Source: an uncultured Candidatus Rokubacteria bacterium
Lineage (GTDB): Bacteria; Methylomirabilota; Methylomirabilia; Rokubacteriales; CSP1-6
Reading direction: 5' to 3'
NCBI GenBank assembly: GCA_963754315.1
Contig: CAVWFS010000018.1
Coordinates: forward strand, 640,001-704,000
Length of the DNA: 64,000 nt
A program made the translations under genes and the position numbers. Within the stretch, counting starts at the first letter, position 1, and each line of letters begins with the position of its first letter. Under the pieces are notes generated by a model. The model ran no database searches and was not told the origin of the DNA. It worked only from the letters and a program-made list of their open reading frames with translations. This document shows positions 49,076-60,627 of the stretch, in pieces.

Positions 49076-49917
49076 TGGAGACCGCGGAGGTTGCTTCCGT
49101 ACAAGGTGCCGGCGTGTCCAGCGGGCTGAGGAAGCGCGTGGTGAGCGCCGTGGTTCTGGTCCCCATCATGGTGTGGATCGTGGCGGGGGCTCCCGCCTGG
49201 CTGTTCACCACCGTCGTGGTCGTGGTGAGCGGCGCGGTCGCGTGGGAGTTTGGCAGGCTCTTCGAGCGGGCCGGCCACGCCATCCAGCCGGTGCTCATCG
49301 TGCTCTGCACGGCGGCGGTGACGGCAAGCTTTCTGGTGCCTGGTGCTCCCATTGCGGTGCTGGTGGGCGTCACCGTCCTCCTCCTTGCGTCGCCTCTGGT
49401 GGCCGCAGGTCCCGTGTCGAGTGAGGGAACGACGGTCGGGCTCACCTGCCTGTGCTACGCGGGTGTTCTTCTGGGACATGCGCTTCTCCTACATCAACTG
49501 CCCGATGGCCGGGCGCTGATCCTATTTTTGCTCGCGGTGACCTGGGCCGGCGAGAGCGCCGCCTATGTGGTGGGTTCGACCGTTGGGCGACATCAGCTGG
49601 CGCGGACCATCAGCCCTGGTAAGACCGTTGAGGGCGCGGTCGGTCAACTGCTCGCCTCCCTGGGGGTCGCCCTTGGGCTCGGGTGGTTGGTGCCGGGCTG
49701 GTCGCCAATCGAGTCGGCGGGGGCCGGCCTCCTGTTAGGGGTCGTCGGACAAATCGGGGATTTGGCAGAGTCTCAGATCAAGCGAAGCGTCGGAGCGAAG
49801 GACGCGGGGGCCCTCATCCCAGGCCACGGTGGCCTGCTGGACCGAATCGACGGTCTTCTGTTCAACGCGCCTGCGCTCTTCTACTACTGGGTGGGCGTCT
49901 TGGGAGGGCGCGCATGA
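49075..49917 (+). CDS. cdsA: Phosphatidate cytidylyltransferase
   Basis: ISPGKTVEG, GDLAESQIKR and KDAGALIPGHGGLLDRID. Confidence 0.95.
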   Translation: METAEVASVQGAGVSSGLRKRVVSAVVLVPIMVWIVAGAPAWLFTTVVVVVSGAVAWEFGRLFERAGHAIQPVLIVLCTAAVTASFLVPGAPIAVLVGVTVLLLASPLVAAGPVSSEGTTVGLTCLCYAGVLLGHALLLHQLPDGRALILFLLAVTWAGESAAYVVGSTVGRHQLARTISPGKTVEGAVGQLLASLGVALGLGWLVPGWSPIESAGAGLLLGVVGQIGDLAESQIKRSVGAKDAGALIPGHGGLLDRIDGLLFNAPALFYYWVGVLGGRA

Positions 49918-51089
49918 AACGTCTTACCATCCTGGGCGCCACCGGGTCCGTTGGCCTGCGAGCCCTCGAGCTGGTCTCGAGCTTTCCCGAGGAGTTTCGG
50001 GTGGTTGGCCTCGCCGCGCGGGGCTCCAACATCGACCTGCTCGCCGATCTCTGCCGCAAGTACGGACCCAAGGCGGTGGCCCTGCTCGATGAGGGGGCCG
50101 TCGATCGCCTCGCCGCCGTGCTGCCGGCTCCGCGGCCGGAGCTCCTCCGCGGGCCGGCCGGACTGATTGAGCTGGCTGGCCAAGTGGACGCCGATATCGT
50201 GATCTCCGCGCTGGTGGGGGCGGCAGGCTTGCTTCCCACCATGGCCGCCATTCGGGCGGGCCGAACGCTCGCCCTCGCCAACAAGGAAACTCTCGTCATG
50301 GCGGGCAGCCTCATGACGGCGGCCGCCCGCGCGCGGGATGTAGCGCTTCTGCCCGTGGATTCCGAGCACAGCGCAGTGTTTCAATGTCTGCAGGGGCACA
50401 ACCGGCAGGATGTGCACCGCATCCTCCTCACGGCGTCCGGTGGGCCTTTCCGTAATCGGCCCAAGGACGCGTTTGAGTCCATCACCGTGGAGGATGCCCT
50501 TCGTCATCCCACCTGGAAGATGGGCGCCAAGATCACCATCGATTCGGCAACCCTGATGAACAAGGGTCTCGAGATCATCGAGGCACGCTGGCTGTTCGAC
50601 CTGGCGCCTGACCGCATCGCGGTCGTCGTGCACCCACAGTCGATCGTCCACTCCATGGTCGAGTACATCGACGGATCGATCATCGCGCAACTCGGGGTCG
50701 CCGACATGGGGGTGCCTATCCTCTATGCCTTGACCTACCCGGAGCGTCGCCCCACGCCCGCCGCTCGGCTCGACCTCGCGCGGATTGGCCAGCTGACCTT
50801 CGAGGAGCCCGACACCGACCGGTTCCCCTGCCTTGCTCTGGCGCGTGCCGCCCTGACGCAGGGTGCCCGGGCCCCGGTCGTGCTCAACGCCGCCAACGAA
50901 GTCGCGGTGGCAGCTTTCCTCGAACGCCGCCTCGGATTTGCGGATATCCCTATACTGATCGAGCGGGCTCTCTCGGCTGATCCCGGGGGAGGCTTAAACT
51001 CCATCGAAGAGTGTGTCGCGGTCGACGGTGAGACACGTCGGCGCGTGCAGGCGCTCGTCGATCAGCGTGCGGGAGGGCGATCGAAGTGA
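49914..51089 (+). CDS. dxr: 1-deoxy-D-xylulose-5-phosphate reductoisomerase
   Basis: LGATGSVG, LANKE, PVDSEH, TASGGPF and MGAKITIDSATLMNKGLE. Confidence 0.97.
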   Translation: MKRLTILGATGSVGLRALELVSSFPEEFRVVGLAARGSNIDLLADLCRKYGPKAVALLDEGAVDRLAAVLPAPRPELLRGPAGLIELAGQVDADIVISALVGAAGLLPTMAAIRAGRTLALANKETLVMAGSLMTAAARARDVALLPVDSEHSAVFQCLQGHNRQDVHRILLTASGGPFRNRPKDAFESITVEDALRHPTWKMGAKITIDSATLMNKGLEIIEARWLFDLAPDRIAVVVHPQSIVHSMVEYIDGSIIAQLGVADMGVPILYALTYPERRPTPAARLDLARIGQLTFEEPDTDRFPCLALARAALTQGARAPVVLNAANEVAVAAFLERRLGFADIPILIERALSADPGGGLNSIEECVAVDGETRRRVQALVDQRAGGRSK

Positions 51090-52448
51090 CCACGGTCGTA
51101 TCGTTCATTGTCGTCATCGGGGTCCTGATCCTGATTCACGAGCTTGGCCACTTCATCATGGCGCGGCTGACCGGGGTCGGTGTGGAGCGGTTTTCCATCG
51201 GCTTCGGCCCCGTGCTCCTGCGCTGGCGCGGCAAGGAGACCGAGTACTGCCTGTCCGCGATTCCCATGGGCGGATACGTAAAGATGGTCGGCGAGGAGAA
51301 CCCGCTCGAAGGCGGTGGGTCGGCGGCCTCCGATCCTGCGAAAGCCTTTGCCACCAAGCCCCTCTGGGCCCGCTTCCTCATCGTCTTCGCTGGCCCGGCG
51401 ATGAACTTCGTCCTGGCCGCCGTGATCTTCGCCATCGTGCTCGGTACCGTGGGCCGCCCGGTGTGGCCGGCCGTGGTGGGTAAGGTCGCACCCGGGGGAC
51501 CAGCGGCAGCTCTGCAGAGCGGAGACCTTGTCGTGCGGGCGAACGGCGAGGCCGTCCGGAGCTGGGAGGATCTGGATCGGGTGATCGCCGCGTCGCATGG
51601 CCGCCCCCTGCAGCTTGTGGTAAAGCGGGCCGGCGTCGAGCAGACCCTGATGCTGACCCCGCGTCACTCCGTCACGCGCGATCCCATTTTCAAGGAACCG
51701 CGGGACACATGGGACATTGGGGCGGGTCCCCAGCTCACCCCGCAGATCGGTATCGTGAACGGCGGCTCGCCGGCAGAGCGGGCGGGGCTCAAGCCGGGGG
51801 ATGTCATCCTCGCCGTGTCTGGGGAACCGGTCTTCACGCCCGAGGATCTGATGCTGGCTATCCAGAAGCGGCCCGGGCAAACGTTCGACCTCACCGTCGA
51901 ACGGGGCGGGCAGCGCCAGACGCTCCCCGTGTCCGCCGAGCGCAAGATCGACAAGAGTCCATCCGGCGAGGAGGTCGAGGTCGGCCGCATCGGCGTGTCC
52001 ATCGTCACCCGGACCGTGAGGTACGAGCCCTATTCGCCGTTGGCCGCCGTGTGGTACGGCGGCGTACGGACGTGGGATATGACGGCTGGTGACGGTGAAG
52101 GGGTTGTGGAAGATTGTCTCCCGCCAGATCGACTCCTCGAACATTGGTGGTCCCATCCAGATCGCATCCGAAGCGGGTCGGCAGGCTCAGGAAGGGCTTG
52201 GTTCCCTCGCTCTCTTCACGGCCATCATCAGCGTGAACCTGGCCGTGCTGAACTTGCTGCCGGTGCCGATGCTCGACGGTGGCCACTTGTTGTTCTTCGT
52301 CATCGAAGCCGTGCTGGGCCGACCGCTGTCGCTCCGGAAGCGCGAGGCCGCTCAGCAGCTCGGATTCGTGCTCCTGGTCCTCCTCATGGTGTTCGCGCTC
52401 TACAACGACCTTGTGCGGATTGACGCCTTCAAGTTCCTACGCCAATAG
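51086..52448 (+). CDS. rseP: RIP metalloprotease RseP, +1 frameshift near 52088
   Basis: HELGH and two PDZ-like regions. NLLPVPMLDGGH lies in the shifted frame. Confidence 0.92.
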
Positions 52449-52455
52449 AGGATCT

Positions 52456-53535
52456 ATGATCACTCGGCGAAAGACTCGTCAGATTCAGGTGGGCGCGGTG
52501 AAGGTCGGAGGTCAGGCTCCGATTACCGTGCAGTCCATGACCAAGACGGACACCCGTGACGTGCAGGCAACGTTGCTGGAGATCTGGGCGTTGGAGGCGG
52601 CCGGGTGCGACATCGTACGCTGCGCTGTCCCCGTGCGGGAAGCGGCGGAGAAGCTGGGCGAGATCAAACGGCAGATCCGCATTCCGCTGGTGGCCGACAT
52701 CCACTTCAACTACAAGCTGGCTCTGATCGCCCTCGAGCAGGGCGTGGACGGGCTGCGCCTGAACCCGGGCAACATCGGGGGTGTCGCCTTCGTGCGCGAG
52801 GTCGTCAACCTGGCCAAGGAGCGGAAGATCCCCATCCGGATCGGAGTCAACGCGGGCTCACTGGAGAAGGATCTTCTGACCCGGTACCAGGGGCCGACCC
52901 CGGAAGGTATGGTGGAATCAGCCCTCCGCCACATCCGGATCCTGGAGGACCTGGACTACCCCGAGCTGAAAGTGTCGTTGAAGGCCTCCGATCCGCTGAT
53001 GATGATCGAGGCGTACCGGATGCTTGCCGAGCAGGTCGACTATCCGTTCCACCTCGGGGTGACCGAGGCGGGGACACCGGGGGTGGGCACCATCAAGTCG
53101 GCCGTAGGGCTGGGGGCGCTGCTCTCGGAGGGAATCGGCGATACCATCCGGGTGTCCCTGTCGGCCGATCCGACGGAAGAGGTTGGTGTCGGCCTCGATA
53201 TCCTCAAATCGCTCGGGCTTCGCCGCGGGGGTCTCACGTTCGTGTCCTGTCCGTCGTGCGGACGAGCGGACGTGGACCTCGTGAAGCTGGCGCGCGAGGT
53301 GGAGGCAGAGTTCAAAGGCCTGAACGAGGAGATCCACATCGCGGTGATGGGGTGCGAGGTCAATGGTCCCGGCGAGGCCCGGGCCGCCGACATCGGCGTG
53401 GCCGGGGGACGGGGGATCGGGCTGATCTTCAAGAACGGCGAGGTGATTCGCAAGGTACCGGAAGCGGACATCGTCCGCGCCATGCGGGAAGAGGTGAACA
53501 GGTTCCTCGAAGAGCGGCGGGCGACCAAGGTCTAG
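52456..53535 (+). CDS. ispG: HMBPP synthase
   Basis: VQSMT, LVADIHF, RLNPGNIG, SCPSCGR and VMGCEVNGPGEA. Confidence 0.97.
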   Translation: MITRRKTRQIQVGAVKVGGQAPITVQSMTKTDTRDVQATLLEIWALEAAGCDIVRCAVPVREAAEKLGEIKRQIRIPLVADIHFNYKLALIALEQGVDGLRLNPGNIGGVAFVREVVNLAKERKIPIRIGVNAGSLEKDLLTRYQGPTPEGMVESALRHIRILEDLDYPELKVSLKASDPLMMIEAYRMLAEQVDYPFHLGVTEAGTPGVGTIKSAVGLGALLSEGIGDTIRVSLSADPTEEVGVGLDILKSLGLRRGGLTFVSCPSCGRADVDLVKLAREVEAEFKGLNEEIHIAVMGCEVNGPGEARAADIGVAGGRGIGLIFKNGEVIRKVPEADIVRAMREEVNRFLEERRATKV

Positions 53536-53536
53536 G

Positions 53537-55249
53537 GTGCGATTCACGCGGTCGCTCGTTCCCACCCTTCGGGAGGTCCCCGCCGACACCGAGGCCATCA
53601 GCCATCGCCTCATGCTGCGGGCCGGGTTGGTGCGACAGCTGGGTGCAGGGATCTACGTGTATCTGCCACTCGGGCAGCGCGTCCTCGACAAGATCAACGG
53701 CATTCTCCGCGAGGAGATGAATGCGATCGGCGGGCAGGAGATCACCATGCCCGTGCTGCACCCGGCCGAGATCTGGCGCGAATCCGGACGATGGGACGCC
53801 GTCGGCGAGGAGATGTTCCGTCTGAAGGACCGCCACGGGCGCGACCTCTGCCTGGGGATGACTCACGAGGAGGTGGTCGCGTGGCTGGCCGCCCGGGAGA
53901 TCCGGTCCTATCGCGATCTTCCCCAAGTCTGGTACCAGATCCAGACCAAAGAGCGCGACGAGGCCCGCCCGCGCTCAGGCGTACTGCGCACGCGGGAGTT
54001 CCTCATGAAGGACTCCTACACCCTCGATCCCGACGCGGCGTCGCTCGAGCGCTCGTATACGGCCCACGAACACGCCTACCGACGCATCTTCGACCGCTGT
54101 GGGCTCCGTTACCACGTCGTGCAGGCCGACCCTGGGATGATGGGGGGACTGGGTTCCCACGAGTTCATGGCGCCTAGCGCGGCCGGCGAGGACGAGATCG
54201 CCCTTTGTGCGGCGTGTGGTTACGCGGCCAACGTGGAGCTCGCCAGGGGGAGACCGGCCGTGCCCGAGTTCCCGGCCGAGGAGCGTGCCGAGGTGGCGAC
54301 ACCGAACGCGCGCACCATCGCCGAGGTTTCGGGCCTGCTCGGCATCGATCCGCGTCGCACGATAAAGTCGCTTCTCTACGTGGCCGAGAAGTCCGGCCCC
54401 ATCCTCGCCCTCGTCCGAGGAGATCACGCGATTCACGAGCGGAAGCTCGCGCGCGCGCTGGCCGAGCCGTTTCGTCCGGCGCACCCGGGCGAAATCCAAG
54501 AGCATCTGGGCGCACCCGCCGGGAGTGTGGGACCGCTGGGAGTCAGCCTGCCTGTCCTTGCCGACGAGGTCCTTGCCGACGGCCGTTACGTGGTCGGCGC
54601 CAACCGCGAGGGCTTCCACCTGCGCGGGGTGGTGCCTGGCCGAGATTTCACGTGCCGATTCGTCGATCTGCACACGGTGGCTCCCGGGGAAGCGTGCCCG
54701 CAGTGTGGTGGCGCCCTGGTGGTGGAGCGGGTCATCGAGATCGGCAACATCTTCAAACTCGGCACGACGTACTCGGTGCCGTTGGGCGCCATGTACCTGG
54801 ACGAGGCGGGCAAGGAGCAACCCGTCGTGATGGGCAGCTATGGCATCGGGCCGGCACGCATCGCAGCGGCCGCCGTTGAACAACTGAACGACGACGACGG
54901 CATCGTTTGGCCGTGGTCGATCGCGCCCTTCCACGTCCACATCGTTCTCGTCAGCGGCCGTGATGCCGAGCAACGGAATGCCGCCGAGACCATCTATGCC
55001 GAGTGCTGGCGCCATGGTCTGGAGGCCTTGCTCGACGACCGGGATGAGCGGCCGGGGGTGAAGTTCAAGGACGCGGATCTGTTGGGAATTCCCCTGCGGA
55101 TTACGGTGGGCAATGCCCTCACCCGCGAGGGAGTCGTAGAGATCCGAACGCGACGCGATGGGGCCCAGTGGCGCGCCCCGAAGGATCAAGTGTTTAGTAC
55201 CCTCCTCGACCTCAGAGCGACACTGGCCGGAGGGTCCGCCACGCGCTGA
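53537..55249 (+). CDS. proS: Proline--tRNA ligase
   Basis: THEE, RDEARPRSGVLRTREFLMKDSY, IEIGNIFKLG and MGSYGIG. Confidence 0.97.
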   Translation: MRFTRSLVPTLREVPADTEAISHRLMLRAGLVRQLGAGIYVYLPLGQRVLDKINGILREEMNAIGGQEITMPVLHPAEIWRESGRWDAVGEEMFRLKDRHGRDLCLGMTHEEVVAWLAAREIRSYRDLPQVWYQIQTKERDEARPRSGVLRTREFLMKDSYTLDPDAASLERSYTAHEHAYRRIFDRCGLRYHVVQADPGMMGGLGSHEFMAPSAAGEDEIALCAACGYAANVELARGRPAVPEFPAEERAEVATPNARTIAEVSGLLGIDPRRTIKSLLYVAEKSGPILALVRGDHAIHERKLARALAEPFRPAHPGEIQEHLGAPAGSVGPLGVSLPVLADEVLADGRYVVGANREGFHLRGVVPGRDFTCRFVDLHTVAPGEACPQCGGALVVERVIEIGNIFKLGTTYSVPLGAMYLDEAGKEQPVVMGSYGIGPARIAAAAVEQLNDDDGIVWPWSIAPFHVHIVLVSGRDAEQRNAAETIYAECWRHGLEALLDDRDERPGVKFKDADLLGIPLRITVGNALTREGVVEIRTRRDGAQWRAPKDQVFSTLLDLRATLAGGSATR

Positions 55250-55251
55250 GC

Positions 55252-55310
55252 TTGCCTGGTCCCCAACCTCGTGCTAAAGTCTTGAAAAAGTGGGCGTCGC
55301 CCACTTTTTT
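55252..55310 (+). promoter_or_regulatory. rimP-nusA-infB promoter and conserved rimP leader hairpin
   Basis: TTGCCT, 17 bp, extended -10 TG-C-TAAAGT (55272-55280), then the AAAAAGTGGGC-GTC-GCCCACTTTTT hairpin typical of rimP leaders. Confidence 0.72.
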
Positions 55311-55327
55311 ACTTTTGGTGATCGCCG

Positions 55328-55795
55328 ATGCCGGACGACGCTCAACTCGCGCGGATCGAGAAGGTCATCCAGCCGGTGCTGGGAGAGCATGGCTTGGAAC
55401 TGGTCGATCTCGACTGCAGAGGCGTCCGTCCGCGTGCTGTGCTGCGGGTGTTTGTCGACAAGGTGGGTGGAGTGCGGGTGGCTGACTGCGAGCGGTTAAG
55501 TCGGGAACTGGGGGATATCCTGGACGTGGCGGGTGTGATCGAAGGCGCCTACGACTTGGAGGTGTCCTCACCCGGCCTGGACCGGCCCCTCCGCAAGGAG
55601 CGAGAGTTCCGCTGGGCGCTCGGAAAGCCCGTGCGATGCTGGGTCGCCGGGGGAGAGGAGTTCGCCGGGCGTCTGGCCGAAGTGGCGGATGAGCGGCTCG
55701 TGCTGGAACGCGCGGGGCAACGAGTGGAAGTCTCCCGTGCGGCATTGACCAAGGCTCGCCTCGACATCGAGATACCCTGGTCGCGGCGACCGTGA
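55328..55795 (+). CDS. rimP: Ribosome maturation factor RimP
   Basis: LRVFVDK, DCERLSR and YDLEVSSPGLDRPL. Confidence 0.95.
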   Translation: MPDDAQLARIEKVIQPVLGEHGLELVDLDCRGVRPRAVLRVFVDKVGGVRVADCERLSRELGDILDVAGVIEGAYDLEVSSPGLDRPLRKEREFRWALGKPVRCWVAGGEEFAGRLAEVADERLVLERAGQRVEVSRAALTKARLDIEIPWSRRP

Positions 55796-55802
55796 CGATA
55801 GC

Positions 55803-57119
55803 GTGAATCGCGAACTGATTACCGTGATCGAGCAGATTGGACGCGAGAAGGGGATCAATCCCGAAATCCTCTTCGAGGCGCTGGAGTCTGCCCTCCTGTC
55901 GGCCGCCAAGAAGACCCCCGACAGCGTGCGCATGGAACTGGATCGCAAGACGGGGGCCCTGCGCCTGTACGGGCGGAAGAAGGTCGTCCAGGAGGTCGAG
56001 GATCCCTCCATGGAAGTCGCCCTAGGCGAAGCGAAGGCCCTCAACCCGGCCGCCGAAGTGGGGGACGAGCTGGAGCAGGAGCTTCCCCCCCAGCAGTTCG
56101 GGCGCATCGACGCCCAGCGCGCCAAGCAGGTGATCCTGCAGCGCGTGCGCGACGCCGAGCGCGAGAGCATCTACTCGGAGTTTGCCAACAAGGAAGGGCA
56201 GATTGTCCGGGGCGTGATTCATCGGATCGAGAAGCGTAACGTGATCCTAGAGATCGGGAAGGCAGAGGCCGTTCTCCCCGAGCGCGAGCAGATTCCCGGT
56301 GAGCGCCACAATCCAGGCGATCGCGTCCGCGCGTATGTCCTGGAAGTGCGGCGCACGGCCAAGGGGCCTCAGGTGGTTCTCTCACGGACGCACCCCGGAT
56401 ACCTGGTTCGACTCTTCGAAACGGAGATTCCCGAGATTCAGGAGGGGATCGTGATTGTGAAGGCCGCTGCTCGCGAAGCAGCGGAGCGAGCCAAGGTTGC
56501 GGTGGCGTCGACCCGGCGCGACGTCGATCCGATCGGGGCCTGCGTCGGACTGCGGGGCACGCGGATCCAGGTCATCAGCCGGGAGTTGCGGGGCGAGAAG
56601 ATTGATATCATCGAGTGGTCGCAGGATCCCTCCACCTTCGTGGCCCGAGCGCTGTCCCCGGCCAAAGTCTCGTCGGTGACCATCGCCGAGTCAGAGGGTC
56701 AGGAGGACACTCCGGCTGCGCTCGTGGTGGTTGCTGATAACCAGCTCTCGCTAGCCATCGGCAAGAAGGGGCAGAACGCGCGGCTGGCCGCCAAGCTCAC
56801 CGGGATGCGGATTGATATCAAGAGCGAGTCGGAGCTTGAGGCCGAGGAGGCGGCGACGGGCACGGAGCCGCGTGCCGCGCTCCTGAGTCTCCCCGAGGTG
56901 TCGGTGGAGATCGCCGATGCGCTCGTGTCAGCTGGCCTGGGTTCGCCCGGTGCCATCGTTCATGCGGGGGTCGATCGTCTGCGGGAGGTTCACGCGATCG
57001 GCTCACACTCCGAGACAATCTATCGGGCGGCTGAAGAGTGGGTGGCGGCCCGACGCTCCCCGGCGGTCTCCCCAAGCGCGGAGGCGTTCACGCCGGATCC
57101 GCCCGCGGACCAGACGTGA
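55803..57119 (+). CDS. nusA: Transcription termination factor NusA
   Basis: FGRIDAQRAKQV, LSRTHP, DPIGACVG and AIGKKGQNARLA. Confidence 0.96.
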   Translation: MNRELITVIEQIGREKGINPEILFEALESALLSAAKKTPDSVRMELDRKTGALRLYGRKKVVQEVEDPSMEVALGEAKALNPAAEVGDELEQELPPQQFGRIDAQRAKQVILQRVRDAERESIYSEFANKEGQIVRGVIHRIEKRNVILEIGKAEAVLPEREQIPGERHNPGDRVRAYVLEVRRTAKGPQVVLSRTHPGYLVRLFETEIPEIQEGIVIVKAAAREAAERAKVAVASTRRDVDPIGACVGLRGTRIQVISRELRGEKIDIIEWSQDPSTFVARALSPAKVSSVTIAESEGQEDTPAALVVVADNQLSLAIGKKGQNARLAAKLTGMRIDIKSESELEAEEAATGTEPRAALLSLPEVSVEIADALVSAGLGSPGAIVHAGVDRLREVHAIGSHSETIYRAAEEWVAARRSPAVSPSAEAFTPDPPADQT

Positions 57120-57382
57120 GCGAACCTCAGCGCACCTGTGTCGGCTGTCGTCAGGCCCGGCCCGCGCGAACCCTGATTCGGCTTGTTCGCCGCCCATCGG
57201 GTGAGGTGGTGGTGGATTCGACGAAACGGCTGCCCGGGCGCGGTGCCTATCTCTGCCCGGGGCCTGCATGCCTCGCGCGCGGTCTCGAGCGTGGCCGTCT
57301 CGCGCACGCGTTCCGGAAACCATGTGAGGTCAGGGTCAACCTGGCCGAGGAGGTGAGCGAGCGGTGGCCGCAGCCAAGGTGA
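57116..57382 (+). CDS. ylxR: YlxR/DUF448 family protein
   Basis: PQRTCVGCR and GRGAYLC, located between nusA and infB. Confidence 0.9.
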   Translation: MSEPQRTCVGCRQARPARTLIRLVRRPSGEVVVDSTKRLPGRGAYLCPGPACLARGLERGRLAHAFRKPCEVRVNLAEEVSERWPQPR

Positions 57383-59964
57383 AGGTGATCGAACTCGCCA
57401 AGGAGCTTGGCGTGACCAGTAAGGACCTGATGGTCGCCGCCGAGGAGATGGGGCACAAGGGCGTGCGCGCCATGACACCCCTCGATAGCACGCTCGCCAA
57501 CGCCCTCCGCGTCAAGCTCGGTAAGGGCCGCGATCTGCCCGAAGAGCCGAAACCGAAGCGTCCCGCCCGGGTCAAGACAGCCGAGGGCAGCCGAGGGCAG
57601 TGGAGTTGTTGACGGGGCGCCGGCCAAGATCGTGCGCCCGCGACGGCCGACACAAGCCACCGAGGAAGAGCCGCTCGAGCTACGACCGGCCGCGACCATT
57701 GTGAAGCCCAAGCCGGTCCCTGTTAGCGTTGAACCTCTCGTCGAGCCCACCCCCGCCGTCAAGTCCGAGGTCAAAACGGAGCCGGAGCCTCCACTTGTGG
57801 AGCCTGTCACGCCTGCTGTGGTTCCAATCGAACCCCTTGTCTCTCGCCCCCTCCGGTACCTCCTCCCCCGCCCAGGAAGCCGGAGCCGAGGATCGTGCCT
57901 TTCCGGCCGAGCGAGCGGCCAGGTCCCACGCCCCCCGCCCGCACACCACGCCAACCCTTTGGACCGTTCTCACCTCCGCGCGTGACGATGGGTCCGCCGA
58001 GGCCGGCGGCACCGCCTCTGCCTCCGCGTCAGCCTCGTCCGTCTGCGGAGCCCGTGCCGGTGGTCGCACCGGCCGCTGCAACCTTGTCGCCGACGGCTGC
58101 CATGCCATCACCGTTGGCCGCCCCGCCCCCATCGACGGTCGTGGAGGCTACCGCTCCACCGGTCGTTCCCGAGACCCTCGTCGCCCCGGCTGCCGTCACC
58201 GAGACGCCGCCAGTCGAAGTCAAGCGCGAGCTCATCAGGGTGCCGGAGTCGGTCACCGTGGCCGAGTTGGCCGAAAAGATGCGCCGCAAGTCGGGTGAGG
58301 TCATCAAGGCTCTGCTCGAGCTCGGCGTCATGCGGATGGTCAACGACTTGCTCGATCCGACCGAAGCCAAGCTGGTTGCCGACAAGTTCAACGTGGACCT
58401 CGAGATTCGCTCGATGGAAGGTGGCCTGGTGGAGGAGGACGAGGTCGATCCCGCGCAGCTGACCCTGCGTCCGCCCGTCGTCACGGTCATGGGGCACGTC
58501 GACCACGGCAAGACCTCTCTGCTCGATGCCATCCGGCGCACCAAGGTCGCCGAGAAGGAGTTTGGTGGCATCACCCAGCACATCGGCGCCTACCAGGTGA
58601 TGACCTCGCACGGCAAGGTAACCTTCCTCGACACGCCAGGTCACGAAGCGTTCACGGCCATGCGCGCCCGCGGAGCCCAGGCGACCGACATCGTGATCCT
58701 CGTGGTAGCCGCCGACGACGGCGTGATGCCGCAGACCGTGGAGGCGGTCAGCCACGCCCGAGCCGCCAACGTCCCGATCATCGTCGCTGTCAACAAGGTC
58801 GACAAGCCCGAGGCCGACCCGGATCGGGTCAAGCGCGAGCTGGCCAACCTCAACCTCGTTCCCGAGGAGTGGGGCGGGCAGACCATCTACGTACCGACAT
58901 CGGCCAAGAGAGGGACGGGTATTGATCAGCTCCTGGAAATGACTGCGCTGCAAGCAGAAGTCCTCGAGCTCCGGGCCAACTCCAACCGTGCCGCCAAGGG
59001 TGTGATCATCGAGAGCCGTCTCGATCGTGGACGCGGTGCGGTGGCGACGGTGCTGATCCAGAATGGGGCCCTGCACGAGGGCGACGCTGTCGTGGTCGGT
59101 TCACACTCGGGGCGCATCCGGGCCCTGGTCGATCCGGCGGGCAAGAAGGTCAAGACGGCGGGGCCGTCCGATGCGGTCGAGGTCCTGGGGCTGTCCGGGG
59201 TGCCCTCGGCCGGCGACGTTCTCGTGGCAGTCTCCGACGAGCGCAAGGCGCGGCAGATTGCGGGCATGCGTCAGGATCGCGACAAGTCCAAGACAAAGGC
59301 GGCGACCCGCATCACCCTGGAAGGGCTGCACAAGCAGATTCAGACGGGCGAGGTGAAGGAGCTGCGGCTGATTCTCAAGGCCGACGTGCAGGGCTCGGTG
59401 GAGGCCCTGACTGAGTCACTGGAACGACTGTCGACGGACGAAGTCAAGCTGAAGGTCATTCACGCCTCGGTGGGGGCGATCAACGAGAGCGACGTCATGC
59501 TGGCGTCGGCCTCCAACGCGATCGTCCTCGGCTTCAACGTCAAGGCAGAAGGCAAGGCGGCTACCCAGGCGCAGTCCATTGGGGTTGACGTGCGCCACTA
59601 CAACGTCATCTACGAGGCCATCAACGACCTGAGGGCAGCCCTGGCTGGTCTGCTGGCGCCGGAGATCCGTGAGACGATCATCGGCCGCGCCCAGGTACGG
59701 CAGATGTTCAGCATCTCCAAGCTGGGCCCGATCTGCGGCAGCTACGTGGAGGAGGGCAAGATCACCCGAACCGGACGCGTCCGCGTCAAGCGGGGGACCG
59801 AGGTGTTTGGCGAGGGCACCGTCTCGTCCCTCAAGCGCTTCAAGGACGAGGTGCGTGAGGTGGCGGCTGGCCTCGACTGCGGAATCGGCGTCACCGTCAG
59901 CGGGGTACAGGCCGGCGACGTCCTCGAGATCTTCAGCACCGAGGAAGTGGCGCGCACGCTCTGA
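57364..59964 (+). CDS. infB: Translation initiation factor IF-2, with two compensating indels near 57590 and 57840
   Basis: N-terminal [11 protein letters not shown], Pro-rich linker, [20 protein letters not shown] and SLKRFKDEV. Confidence 0.95.
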
Positions 59965-59980
59965 TCGCGGAGAGGGAACG

Positions 59981-60271
59981 ATGGCCGTCGCACGTGTGGC
60001 CCTCGGCACCATCGAGCTGCACCTGCCCGGCGCCGACTCGCTCAAGGGTAAGCGGCATATCCTACGGTCCCTCAAGGACAAGCTTCGGAATCGTTTCGCC
60101 GTCGCGGTGGCCGAAGTGGACCATCACGATGTGTGGCAACGGGCGACCCTCGCCGTGGCCTACGTGTCCCACGACGCGCGACACGCCGATTCTGTGGTGG
60201 CCAAGGCCATCGACTTCATCGAGACGCACGTGGACGGGGAGGTCCTGGACACGTCGCTGGAGATTCTGTGA
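59981..60271 (+). CDS. DUF503 (YlxP) protein
   Basis: SLKGKR, FAVAVAEVDHHDVWQRA and position after infB. Confidence 0.9.
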   Translation: MAVARVALGTIELHLPGADSLKGKRHILRSLKDKLRNRFAVAVAEVDHHDVWQRATLAVAYVSHDARHADSVVAKAIDFIETHVDGEVLDTSLEIL

Positions 60272-60627
60272 TGCAGGGCAAGCGGCTGGATCGTGTGAAT
60301 CAGCTCATCAAGGAAGAAGTGTCGTTGCTCCTGCAGCGGGAGCTGAAGGACCCGCGCCTCGGTTTCGTTACCGTCACCGATGTTGAGACGACCAAGGACC
60401 TACGGCAGGCCAAGATCTACGTATCAGTCCTGGGCAACGAAGACCAATGGGTGGCCTCCCTCAAGGGATTGTCGAGCGCGCGCGGCTTCATCCGCCATTG
60501 GCTGCGCGATCATCTCGACCTGCGCGTGACCCCCACCCTGGAGTTTCGGCCGGACCGCTCCATGGAACACGCCGCCCACATCCAGAGCCTTCTCGCGCGT
60601 CTGGCCACCGACGAGCGCCCGGCGTGA
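60271..60627 (+). CDS. rbfA: Ribosome-binding factor A
   Basis: LKDPRLGFVTVT, DLRQAKIY and LRVTPTLEF. Confidence 0.96.
   Translation: MQGKRLDRVNQLIKEEVSLLLQRELKDPRLGFVTVTDVETTKDLRQAKIYVSVLGNEDQWVASLKGLSSARGFIRHWLRDHLDLRVTPTLEFRPDRSMEHAAHIQSLLARLATDERPA

Noticed and set aside
57364..57900. Programmed frameshifting or a split IF-2
   Set aside because: There is no slippery site, the two indels compensate, and similar indels occur throughout the window. Assembly error is simpler.
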